A DNA stretch of 64,000 bases from NCBI GenBank assembly GCA_050951805.1, contig JBMNJT010000002.1, positions 704,001 through 768,000 on the forward strand, in the 5' to 3' direction. The DNA is from Bacillota bacterium. GTDB lineage: Bacteria > Bacillota > DTU025. Made by a program: the position numbers and the translations under genes. Below are positions 7,979-16,597 of this stretch, piece after piece (position 1 is the first letter of the stretch; each line of letters begins with the position of its first letter). Under the pieces are notes generated by a model. The model was given only the letters and a program-made list of their open reading frames with translations. It was not told the origin of the DNA and ran no database searches.

Positions 7979-10900
7979 ATGAAGAAACTCCTGGCCGTTC
8001 TCGTTGCCACCGCGATGATTGGCATCATTGCCATCCCGGTGTTGGCGAGTCCCTTCTCCGATTTGCCGGAGGAGTCGCACTGGGCACTTGACGCACTGAC
8101 GATGCTAGCAGCGTTGGGGATCGTCGAGGGCTACCCTGATGGATCATTCAAGGGAACACAGCCTGCGACAAGGTACGAAGTGGCCTTGATAGTGGCTAGG
8201 GCACTGGAATACCTCGACAAAGACATCAGGCAGATGTCCGAGAAAATGTTTGACCTTGAAGGCAGATTGGATGCTGGGGTTGTTCAGCAGGAAGCGAAAC
8301 CTGTTGTGGAACCAGAACCTGAAGCGGAACCTGTCTTGCAGCCTTCCGCGTCGCCCGATGCAACCATCCTAGAGCAGGTGATCTATGAGAAGATCGCTGC
8401 TATGTCTGATGAGCAGTGGGTGAATTTTGAGGAGAAGCTTTATGAGCTAGTTGCGCGGGTTGATGACCTCAGCGAGGATAACAAGGCTGAACATGCTAAG
8501 CTTTGGGAAGCTGTTGAGGCTCTTGAGGCTCTTAAAGAGGCGCGCACTACCACAGTGGTTGTGAGCGAGGGTGCCGATATCGGATTGGCTTTGGATAGTC
8601 AGAAAGCCGAAATTATGAAGGCGCTTAGCGATGCTGTCAATGCGGAGAAAGACGAACGCCAGAAGGCGATTGATGTCCTAGGCGCGTCGATGGATGCCGC
8701 CCTATCCGAGCAGAAGGGCGAGATCATGATGGCGTTGTATGATTCGCTCGAAGCTGCTAAGGATGAAGGAAGTCGTGAGATGGCAGAGCTGGAGGCCAAA
8801 CTCCAACTAGCTCTTGATGAGCAGAATGCCGCTTTGACTATGGCCTTCTATGATTCCCTTAAAGCTGCGGCTGAAGGCGATGAACAGGCGCTTCAGGGTC
8901 TGAGCGGTGCTTGGCAGCTGGCTCTGGATGAATATAACGCCGAGCTTACTATGGCCTTCTATGATTCTTTGAAGGCTTCCAAAGAAGAAACTGATCGCGC
9001 CATAGAGGATGTCCTGGCAAAGCTGGACGTGGCGCTCGCGGAGCAAAACGCCGAGCTCACCATGGCTTTCTATGATTCCATAGAGGCCGCCAAAGATGAG
9101 CAAGACCGCAAAATGGCTGCTATGGAGGCCGAGTTGCAGTTGGCTCTCGACGAGCAGAACGCCGAGCTCATGATGGCCTTCTACGATTCGATCCGCGCTG
9201 CACAGAATGACAACGCGGCTGATCTCGAGGCCTTGAAGGCCGAGTTGCAGTTGGCTCTCGACGAGCAGAACGCCGAGCTCATGATGGCTTTCTATGATTC
9301 CATAGAGGCCGCCAAAGATGAGCAAGACCGCAAAATGGCTGCTATGGAGGCCGAGTGGCAGTTGGCTCTCGACGAGCGGAACGCCGAGCTCATGATGGCC
9401 TTCTATGATTCGATCCGCGCTGCACAGAATGACAACGCGGCTGATCTCGAGGCCTTGAAGGCCGAGTGGCAGTTGGCTCTCGACGAGCAGAACGCCGAGC
9501 TCATGATGGCCTTCTATGATTCCATCCAAGCTCAACGAGAAGACATAATGGCCATGTTTGAGGATACGGAGTCCAGATTTGAGCTCGCGCTCGATGAACT
9601 CAGGGCCGAGCTGATGATGGCTTTCTATGATTCGGTTGAAGCTGAAGCCGATGAGAGAGCAAGAGCCATTGATGAGTTGGCAGAGGATTTCGATCTCAAG
9701 CTCATGGAGCTCCATGCCGAAGTCGCCATGGAGACCTATGATTCGGTCTTTGCGGCTCGAGAAGAGTGTCTGGCAGCGGTCGACGCCGTTGTGGCAACCA
9801 TCGATGCTCTGCAGGCTGAGTTCAGCCGGGAACTGGCTGCTCTTAACCTTCGCGTAGACGCGGTGGAGCGGGAATTGGCTGTAGTCCGCGGCATGGCTGA
9901 CCAGAACGCGAAGGATATTGCCGAAACATATCACAGGATAAAGACTGAAGACATAGCTCCGCTCGAGGAGCGCGTCGCCAAGCTTGAAGGCAAGGCGGCA
10001 GAGCATGATGAGAAGATCTCAGGGATCTGGGATGACCTGAACAGGTTCAGGTTTACTGGAACCAACACGGCGCAGTTCACAGATATTGATCTGCGCGGCG
10101 AAGGGTTCTATCAGGATCCCTGGAACCCGGCTGGCAAGACGTATGCTCCTACATCAGTTCTCCAGAACAAGCTCGAACTCGAGCTGAACATAGTTCCGGA
10201 AAAGGGCGTAAGCATTGATGTAGGGCTCAGCGCTGTAACTGACATTTTTGGCAAAGATGACAGTGAGGTTGGCCTCTTCGATGGGGGTCTCAATCTCGAT
10301 GTGACCACGCCGAGCGGCAATGCCAAGGTGCTCGCAGGCGATTTGGCCAGACCGAGGAACTTCACTAAGTATCAGATCAGCCGGAAGGTATTTGGGGATG
10401 CTGGTGTAGAGGGTCTCAGCCTCGATCTGACCACCGGGCCTTTTGTCACTACAGGAATGATTGCGAAGATCGAACCTGCTGAGTATGAGATGCAGTATGT
10501 GCTGGGCGGCGGAGCCAGCTACACATTGGGAAGCCTCAAGGTGGATGGCAGGCTGCTCAAGATAACTGATGATCCGGAGTCGGGGCTCGAAGCCGTTACG
10601 CCCAACGAGAGTGTTGCTGGCACAGGGTTTGCGCTGAAGCTCGGCGAAGGCTGGAAGCTTGACGGAGAGATCTCTTCTTGGAACAAGGATAACGAGGCCA
10701 CGGGCCTCTTGGCTCGCAACCTGCATGCAGCAGGCAAGGCTGGGGTTTTGAACCTCACAGGCTACTTCGAACAGGTTGACGATGGCTATGCTCCGAAGTA
10801 TTTGGGCACGGCCAGCAACGATCCTGACAGAGTGGTCGCCGACACGCGCAAAGCAGGCTTCGAAGTTAAGACTGACTCGCTCAACGGTCTCACCATCACC

Positions 10901-11644
10901 GGCAGTATCGATCGCGCAGGTGATGCGTGGTACGCCAGCAAGGATGTAGTGACTTACGCAACCGATGCCGAGTATGAAATGGAGCTTGGACCTATCGACG
11001 TCACCCTCAGGGGCGGGGTCGCTAAGGACCATAATGGCTATCCCACGGTGAATAACCCCAGGTTCGCCACTACGACTGATCTTGGGTTCGATGTGGCATT
11101 CAGCCCTCTGAAGGCAGGGTTCACCTGGGAACATGAAGTGGAAGCCAATGCAACTTCGTACATTGGCTATGCGGACTTGAACATGCCGCTTGCAGCTGAT
11201 ACGTTGGCCCTCAAGGGTAACTGGAAGCAGAGCTTCGGCAGCAATGAGTACTACACCTATGGCTTGGGCATTGATATGAAGATGCCGATCACCGAGAATG
11301 TCTCGACAATGGGCGGAACCATGTCTTATGGGAAGAGCAGTGGCATGGCCAGGGATAAGGATAACTACGCGAGATTCCTGGTGGGCGCAGACCTCGAATG
11401 GAAACTGCGGCCGGCGACTACCTTTACAGGGAAAGCCTCCTACGAGCTGCGCGACTACGAAAAGGATACGCAGCCTTCAGGCGAGTATCTACAGTACGGG
11501 TTGGCGCTCTCGCATGAGATCTACAAGTCCACTACGCTCAAGATGAACTACGACTTCAAGGACGTCTACTATTCGCCAAGGAACAACGAATTGACGAATT
11601 ACTCCGCGAGGATCATAGGCCTATCCTTGAAGACGGTATTCTAA
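7979..11644 (+). CDS. Giant OmpM-like protein: signal peptide, SLH domain, very long repeat coiled-coil stalk, C-terminal outer-membrane beta-barrel
   Basis: MKKLLAVLV signal; PFSDLP..HWA...L...GIVEGYPDGSFKG..PATRYEVA SLH motif; helical repeats; ~530-aa amphipathic beta region ending in terminal Phe (LSLKTVF). Confidence 0.88.
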   Translation: MKKLLAVLVATAMIGIIAIPVLASPFSDLPEESHWALDALTMLAALGIVEGYPDGSFKGTQPATRYEVALIVARALEYLDKDIRQMSEKMFDLEGRLDAGVVQQEAKPVVEPEPEAEPVLQPSASPDATILEQVIYEKIAAMSDEQWVNFEEKLYELVARVDDLSEDNKAEHAKLWEAVEALEALKEARTTTVVVSEGADIGLALDSQKAEIMKALSDAVNAEKDERQKAIDVLGASMDAALSEQKGEIMMALYDSLEAAKDEGSREMAELEAKLQLALDEQNAALTMAFYDSLKAAAEGDEQALQGLSGAWQLALDEYNAELTMAFYDSLKASKEETDRAIEDVLAKLDVALAEQNAELTMAFYDSIEAAKDEQDRKMAAMEAELQLALDEQNAELMMAFYDSIRAAQNDNAADLEALKAELQLALDEQNAELMMAFYDSIEAAKDEQDRKMAAMEAEWQLALDERNAELMMAFYDSIRAAQNDNAADLEALKAEWQLALDEQNAELMMAFYDSIQAQREDIMAMFEDTESRFELALDELRAELMMAFYDSVEAEADERARAIDELAEDFDLKLMELHAEVAMETYDSVFAAREECLAAVDAVVATIDALQAEFSRELAALNLRVDAVERELAVVRGMADQNAKDIAETYHRIKTEDIAPLEERVAKLEGKAAEHDEKISGIWDDLNRFRFTGTNTAQFTDIDLRGEGFYQDPWNPAGKTYAPTSVLQNKLELELNIVPEKGVSIDVGLSAVTDIFGKDDSEVGLFDGGLNLDVTTPSGNAKVLAGDLARPRNFTKYQISRKVFGDAGVEGLSLDLTTGPFVTTGMIAKIEPAEYEMQYVLGGGASYTLGSLKVDGRLLKITDDPESGLEAVTPNESVAGTGFALKLGEGWKLDGEISSWNKDNEATGLLARNLHAAGKAGVLNLTGYFEQVDDGYAPKYLGTASNDPDRVVADTRKAGFEVKTDSLNGLTITGSIDRAGDAWYASKDVVTYATDAEYEMELGPIDVTLRGGVAKDHNGYPTVNNPRFATTTDLGFDVAFSPLKAGFTWEHEVEANATSYIGYADLNMPLAADTLALKGNWKQSFGSNEYYTYGLGIDMKMPITENVSTMGGTMSYGKSSGMARDKDNYARFLVGADLEWKLRPATTFTGKASYELRDYEKDTQPSGEYLQYGLALSHEIYKSTTLKMNYDFKDVYYSPRNNELTNYSARIIGLSLKTVF
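8585..9800 (+). repeat. 11 x 111-bp (37-aa) in-frame tandem repeat, including a near-exact 222-bp duplication
   Basis: The YDS (or equivalent) codon recurs at 8627, 8738, 8849, 8960, 9071, 9182, 9293, 9404, 9515, 9626 and 9737, exactly 111 bp apart. 9071-9292 is almost identical to 9293-9514. Confidence 0.95.
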
Positions 11645-11657
11645 GAATAGCCGTTGG

Positions 11658-11693
11658 ATGCCCCGGGGAGCGTATGTCCCCCGGGGCATTTTC
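11658..11693 (+). terminator. Rho-independent terminator
   Basis: ATGCCCCGGGG ... CCCCGGGGCAT followed by TTT. Confidence 0.7.
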
Positions 11694-11710
11694 ATAGGAG
11701 GTGATGTGCT

Positions 11711-12112
11711 GTGGACGAGATAGTGCTTGCTGTAGACCCAGGGCGGGAGAAAGCAGGAATTGCAGTAGTATCACGGGAACGTGGGACGATGCATAAATGC
11801 GTGATAGAGGCGTCGGAATGTGTGGAGCAAGTGTGCGAGTTGGCCGAAAAACATGGCGTTGCGAGGATCGTGATTGGGGACAGGACTGGATCGAGTGAAA
11901 TAATAGAGGCGTTAGGACATGTTTGCGACCTGGAAATTATCGCCGTCGACGAGCACATGTCCTCTATGGAGGCGCGGGAACGCTATCTTCGAGAGAATCC
12001 TGGAAAGGGAATCGCTCGCTTTTTGCCGATCGGGCTGAGGACCCCGAAAGAACCTTATGACGATTATGTAGCCGAGATCCTTGCGGCTCGATATTTTGAC
12101 AGTGTATCATAG
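11711..12112 (+). CDS. YqgF/RuvX-like RNase H-fold nuclease
   Basis: LAVDPGREKAGIA, IVIGD.TGS, VDE..SS.EAR, DD..A.ILA. Confidence 0.8.
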   Translation: MDEIVLAVDPGREKAGIAVVSRERGTMHKCVIEASECVEQVCELAEKHGVARIVIGDRTGSSEIIEALGHVCDLEIIAVDEHMSSMEARERYLRENPGKGIARFLPIGLRTPKEPYDDYVAEILAARYFDSVS

Positions 12113-12113
12113 G

Positions 12114-12140
12114 AGAGGAATCGTAGGATTTGTGAAGAAT
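12114..12140 (+). promoter_or_regulatory. Sigma-H-like promoter
   Basis: AGAGGA-N17-GAAT. Confidence 0.45.
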
Positions 12141-12194
12141 ATAGTACAAACTGCGGAGGATAGCGCAGTGTAGAGCAGAGGGGGCGAAAGAAGT

Positions 12195-13646
12195 ATGAGC
12201 AATCATTGTCGGGCTGGGAAGATACAGTGCTCTGCCTGTTTCATCCTTGCTTTATCCGTCTTCATTCTTGCGTTTTCTGCTCATACGATCGCCTCGTCGC
12301 CCCTGGTTCCTTCTGAGGACTGGAGATACAGAGCCCTTGCGGAACTGGGGCGCGGGGGGCTTCTGTACGAAGATGACGCTGCCCGATATGCGAGCGGTAT
12401 TCCCGTCACCGAAAAAGAGCTGTCTGCCAGTGTTGAAAGGACCATTTACCGGCTGAACCAGGCTAATGGCGATTCCACATCGGTAGTGGGCGCTACAGCT
12501 GGGCCTTTGAAACTTTCAGGCGGCCCGTCGGATACGCTGAGGCTATCAGCCAGGCAGATCTGTCTTGTTGCAGATCTCGTGGCGGAATTCGGATCGAGCT
12601 TCTCGGACCCGTCCCTGACGAGGCTTCCAGGAAGCCTTCCACTAGACTACGAGGACGGGCTGGCGCTCACGCTTCGCCACGCTACGCACGGAAATGCTGA
12701 GCTGCATGATATTCTCAAGCTAACGGCGAACACAGGCAGTGTTGGCTATCCTATCAGAACCATAGAAGCGGTCACAACGTTGGATAGCCTGGAGGCTATG
12801 CTTAAGCAGGCGGTTGCACATCAGGAGCCTCAGGCTCAAGCCAAGATGGAGATGGGAGTCAACAGCCCGATTGGAATGTTGGCGATCGGGCTGTCGAGTG
12901 AGGCCGCTCAACGTTCGACTGTGCCGGCCCGGGACTACTCCGAGCCCGCGACTGCTCAGGGTTTTGATTTGTCTACCAGCGTGCAGTTATCCGATATCCT
13001 TCGATTCACCGCAAGCTTTGCGACGGACGACAAGGCTGTTGAGAGGCCTACATCCACAGCGGTAGGAGTCTCCATAGGAGAGCAGGAGGGGTCCGGGGTG
13101 AGCGTTGGTCATAGGGTAACGGATCTTGCCGGCCCTGCCCCGAATAGTTTGCGCGAGACTATCACATCGGTAGATGTGAAGTATTCGCTTCCCGATGCCG
13201 GCGGGAAGGCTTCAGGGCCTGATTCTTTGACCGTGAGGGCTGGCTACGAGCTCTATGGCAGAGAGCCTATCACGCTTGATGGTGAGAAGAATAGCTTGCA
13301 GGCGACTACTTCTTTGGCCATCGATTACAGGCTGCTTTTCGGGGAGGCTGCATCACTACAGGCAGCGTACAGGTACGAACATGTTCGCGACCTTGTTGCA
13401 TCCGGAGCAGTGTGGGCGAGAGATGGCCTGTACGAGACGAGTCTGTATGGTTGGCCTAGTGAAGGCTCATTGAAGCTTGTTGAGGGTTCTGACGCCGTAA
13501 CTCGCACTGTGGCGTCGATCGACTTCAGCTATAGGTTGATGAATGACGCTTCGGTCATGTTAGGCTACAAGCTGATCGATTTTACTGAGATAAATGCCCT
13601 CGATCCCAAGAACATGGCGACGGCCGAAGTCACCATCAGATTCTAA
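12195..13646 (+). CDS. Secreted protein with degenerate SLH-like N-terminus and probable outer-membrane beta-barrel
   Basis: Signal peptide; VPSEDWRYRALAELGRGGLL resembles SLH; alternating beta strands; ends ATAEVTIRF (Bam-type terminal Phe). Confidence 0.65.
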   Translation: MSNHCRAGKIQCSACFILALSVFILAFSAHTIASSPLVPSEDWRYRALAELGRGGLLYEDDAARYASGIPVTEKELSASVERTIYRLNQANGDSTSVVGATAGPLKLSGGPSDTLRLSARQICLVADLVAEFGSSFSDPSLTRLPGSLPLDYEDGLALTLRHATHGNAELHDILKLTANTGSVGYPIRTIEAVTTLDSLEAMLKQAVAHQEPQAQAKMEMGVNSPIGMLAIGLSSEAAQRSTVPARDYSEPATAQGFDLSTSVQLSDILRFTASFATDDKAVERPTSTAVGVSIGEQEGSGVSVGHRVTDLAGPAPNSLRETITSVDVKYSLPDAGGKASGPDSLTVRAGYELYGREPITLDGEKNSLQATTSLAIDYRLLFGEAASLQAAYRYEHVRDLVASGAVWARDGLYETSLYGWPSEGSLKLVEGSDAVTRTVASIDFSYRLMNDASVMLGYKLIDFTEINALDPKNMATAEVTIRF

Positions 13647-13683
13647 AGAGTCTTTCATCGTACCAGTAAGGGGAGGTAGCTCA

Positions 13684-14616
13684 ATGAGAATGTCGAAGGC
13701 TCAAGTCGTAACCATGATTGTATTATGTGTGGTGCTATGTCTTGGCGGGGGTTATGCCGTAGGCAATTCAAGTCCTGTGGAGCGCCTTATCGGCATGGAA
13801 CGGCTCCTATACGGCGGGCCTCAAGAGGGGCCTGTGGTTGCGCGCCTTGAGTCCATCGAACGTGCGATATTTGGAGAGGTTGGCCCTGGGACGCTTCCGG
13901 AAAGGCTGGACAGGTGCTGGAATTTCGTGCAAGGCGACCGAGCAGGCAGCATGAACTTGAAGTTCAAGTTGAAGGCCGTGCAGTGGACGATGTACGGACG
14001 GATTACTGATGGCGCGATAGTGCCCATGCTAGAAAACATAGAATCGAACCTCATCGGGCAGCCGCAAACAGGATCTATAGGAAGCCGGCTTGATTCGCTT
14101 ATGCAGCTTACGATTCCTTCCGGAAGGCCGAATGTGGATTATGCGCTGTTGCCCAAGGGATCTCTTGTGAAGACAAAGCTTGTGACGGCGATCAGCTCTG
14201 TCAAGTCGAGGCCGGGAGATGTGGTCAGATTTGAGGTAGTCGACGATGTAATATTCGAGGGCAGACTTCTGATGCCGGCAGGCTCATTGCTCGATGCTAT
14301 AATCGTCGAGACCGTGCGTCCAACGAAGATAGGCGTAAGGGCCAGGGTAGATATGGAGCTCTACCCCGCTGAGGGAATGGACTGTTCTCCTGTCACTCTT
14401 GGAGTGGACCAAGCGGCGATAGGCGCTAACTCCAACATGACTGTGGTTGCGGGAGACGGATTGCGCAGGTTCTCGGTGGTGGGCAAAGAAGGCGCGCTGG
14501 GCGGAGTCTTGAGTCAAAACCCTGAACTTGAGTTGCCTGTAGGTGCAGAGTGTTTCTTCTCTGTGATGCAGACAGCTAAGATTCTGGGGCTGGCTGTTCC
14601 AGATGCCAGGAGATAA
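13684..14616 (+). CDS. Exported protein with duplicated helical repeats and TrbI/VirB10-like beta domain
   Basis: N-terminal TM/signal; repeated RL..IE..I/LFG....G....RL motif; LPKGSLVKTKLVTAISS...PGDVVRFEVVDDV. GGAGG SD before ATG 13684. Confidence 0.6.
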   Translation: MRMSKAQVVTMIVLCVVLCLGGGYAVGNSSPVERLIGMERLLYGGPQEGPVVARLESIERAIFGEVGPGTLPERLDRCWNFVQGDRAGSMNLKFKLKAVQWTMYGRITDGAIVPMLENIESNLIGQPQTGSIGSRLDSLMQLTIPSGRPNVDYALLPKGSLVKTKLVTAISSVKSRPGDVVRFEVVDDVIFEGRLLMPAGSLLDAIIVETVRPTKIGVRARVDMELYPAEGMDCSPVTLGVDQAAIGANSNMTVVAGDGLRRFSVVGKEGALGGVLSQNPELELPVGAECFFSVMQTAKILGLAVPDARR

Positions 14617-14639
14617 GGCCAAAGGCTGATGGTATAATG

Positions 14640-14689
14640 AGGCTGGAGTTCCTATGCTGAGGCATGCAGACCGGGAACTCCAGCCTTTA
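14640..14689 (+). terminator. Terminator-like hairpin
   Basis: AGGCTGGAGTTCC ... GGAACTCCAGCCT followed by TT. Confidence 0.6.
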
Positions 14690-14714
14690 GAATGACTTGC
14701 GAAAAGGATGGAGA

Positions 14715-16478
14715 GATGGTGTAACTTTAGAGTAGGACGGGGAGAGGGAACGGGTTAGCGACGAAGAAGAGAGACCACAAAGTCCTGGAAGACGTTCCTG
14801 AGCGGGACGTCGCGGTGAAGTAATCCACCATCCAGCGCCCAGAAAGGTGGTCTCTCTATGGAAGAGTTTATTCGTCGTGTTATGGATGCATTCCTGCAAG
14901 GGGTAGAGGATGTTGTAGCCGCTTTGTGTAAGGGGATGTCTGCTCCGGAGGCGGAAATGATGATCAAGGAACGTTGCGACAACCTTGCGGCAGTAATGTA
15001 TTCGGAATACCTGGAAGAAGTGGACAGGCAGGTGCGTAAGGACTTAGAGAACCGTAAGGGCTGGGTTGTGAACAAAAGAAGAGACAGCCGTTCAATCTTG
15101 AGCATCATGGGAAACGTTGAATATGAACGAACTTACTACCACAACGAAGGGACAGGCGAGTACCGGCACTTGTCAGATGATGTATGCGGGATAACGCCCC
15201 ATGCACGCATTACGCCACTCTTCAGAGCGAACCTTGTGGAGAACTCATGTGATATGTCGTATGGAAAGGCGGGCGAACTCACGGGAAGGTGCGCAGTAAG
15301 CGATCAAACTGTTATGAATTCGCTGAAGAAGCTCAAATTGGATCTGCCGACAAGTAATGACGGTGCACCAGCCCAAGAGAAGCGGAAGGTTAAGAAGCTG
15401 TATATCGAGGCCGACGAAGATCATCTCAGCGGGAATAGGAATAAGCGAATGCGGTTAGAACCGAAGCTTGTATACGTTCATGAGGGCCGAAAGAGGGTTG
15501 GACGTGGCCGCACCGAGCTGGTGCACGCGAAATACTTTGGAGGAATGTACAAGGACCCTGAGGAGCTCTGGTGGGAAGTATACTGGTACATAGAGCAGAC
15601 TTATGATATCGACTCCATAGAGATAATCTTCGTCACTGGGGATGGAGCCAACTGGATAACGTTTGGGGCCGAATTCATGGTGAATGGGGTGCGCTTGCCT
15701 GACCTGTTCCATCTACGCAAATACATTGTAGCTGCTTGTCATGGCGATAAAAAACTGATGAGCAAGCTATGGAAGGCAGTAGATTCAGCAGAGCGCAGCA
15801 AAACCTTCGAGATTCTGGATGAAGCGGGATCCACCACGGTAACTAAGGGTCAGGCAAAATCCGTTGAGAGATGCCGCACTTACATATCGAACATGTGGGG
15901 CGCAATCGAAAACCGGCGGAGGTATTACCAGGAAGCAGTAGGTTGCAGCGCAGAAGGCCATGTAAGCCACATCTATTCGGATCGCATGTCCAGCCGCCCG
16001 ATGTCATGGTCCGAGGAAGGGGCCAACATCATGGCCAAGCTGCGAGTGAAAAAGGCCAACGGCGAATCTGTAAGTGCCTACGCCTTACCCAGCACAGCTC
16101 CCCGATTTGGGAGTATTAAGATCGACCAGGGTAAAGCTCAACAGCTATGCTCGGAGGCAAAGGCTATGGTTAGAACTAGCGGGAAGTGTCTGTGCAACCA
16201 GTTGGGCAATGTGCCAGTCCTAAAGGGCAACGCCAGCTTTACTGCGCGGGTATTCAGGGAACTTCGGGATTCTATAGCCATATGATATGGGTCCGTTGTT
16301 GACGGCCATTGTGATTTTCCCGAGGGGGAATACGCTACTTCGCATCACTCATATGCAACCAGCATCAAACAATAGCGCTGGATAAAACAAGCTTATACGG
16401 TTCTAATGACAGAGTCGGCATACCGGGATTAGCCAATGGTCTCTTAGCTGTTCTTTCCTACAGTAGGTTGACGCCGTC
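14715..16478 (+). mobile_element. Complete ISLre2-family insertion sequence (1764 bp)
   Basis: 9-bp direct repeats GGATGGAGA at 14706-14714 and 16479-16487; imperfect 23-bp terminal IRs (14715-14737 vs 16456-16478, 15/23 match); intact transposase. Confidence 0.9.
14858..16285 (+). CDS. ISLre2-family (UPF0236) DDE transposase
   Basis: LYIEADEDH, GDGANWI, DLFHL, GCSAEGHVSH..SDRMSSRPMSWSEEGA. Confidence 0.92.
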   Translation: MEEFIRRVMDAFLQGVEDVVAALCKGMSAPEAEMMIKERCDNLAAVMYSEYLEEVDRQVRKDLENRKGWVVNKRRDSRSILSIMGNVEYERTYYHNEGTGEYRHLSDDVCGITPHARITPLFRANLVENSCDMSYGKAGELTGRCAVSDQTVMNSLKKLKLDLPTSNDGAPAQEKRKVKKLYIEADEDHLSGNRNKRMRLEPKLVYVHEGRKRVGRGRTELVHAKYFGGMYKDPEELWWEVYWYIEQTYDIDSIEIIFVTGDGANWITFGAEFMVNGVRLPDLFHLRKYIVAACHGDKKLMSKLWKAVDSAERSKTFEILDEAGSTTVTKGQAKSVERCRTYISNMWGAIENRRRYYQEAVGCSAEGHVSHIYSDRMSSRPMSWSEEGANIMAKLRVKKANGESVSAYALPSTAPRFGSIKIDQGKAQQLCSEAKAMVRTSGKCLCNQLGNVPVLKGNASFTARVFRELRDSIAI

Positions 16479-16597
16479 GGATGGAGAAGCGTCAGTTTCC
16501 TTGCTAGGCTAAAGTATGGTAAGATGCTGTAGGGCCGGTCAGCGTCATGCCAGCGTTTGCGCTACCTGGCCATGCATCATTGTTGGAGGGTTTGCTG

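Noticed and set aside
8585-9800. Possible CRISPR array or non-coding repeat
   Set aside because: Repeats are in-frame 111-bp coding units with synonymous variation and no unique spacers; no cas genes in the window.
8807-11134. Long antisense ORFs (399 aa and 326 aa) opposite the OmpM-like gene
   Set aside because: Shadow frames produced by codon bias and the tandem repeat; no recognisable motifs.
13684-14616. Type IV secretion / conjugation system from the TrbI-like domain
   Set aside because: No VirB4, VirD4, relaxase or other T4SS genes in the window.
16468-16500. Hybrid promoter from the outward-facing TTGACG in the IS right end
   Set aside because: No acceptable -10 at 16-18 nt spacing (GTCAGT).
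16488-16597. SAM-I (S-box) or SMK riboswitch before metK
   Set aside because: No ATCxAGAG...GAT core or SMK consensus, and too little space.
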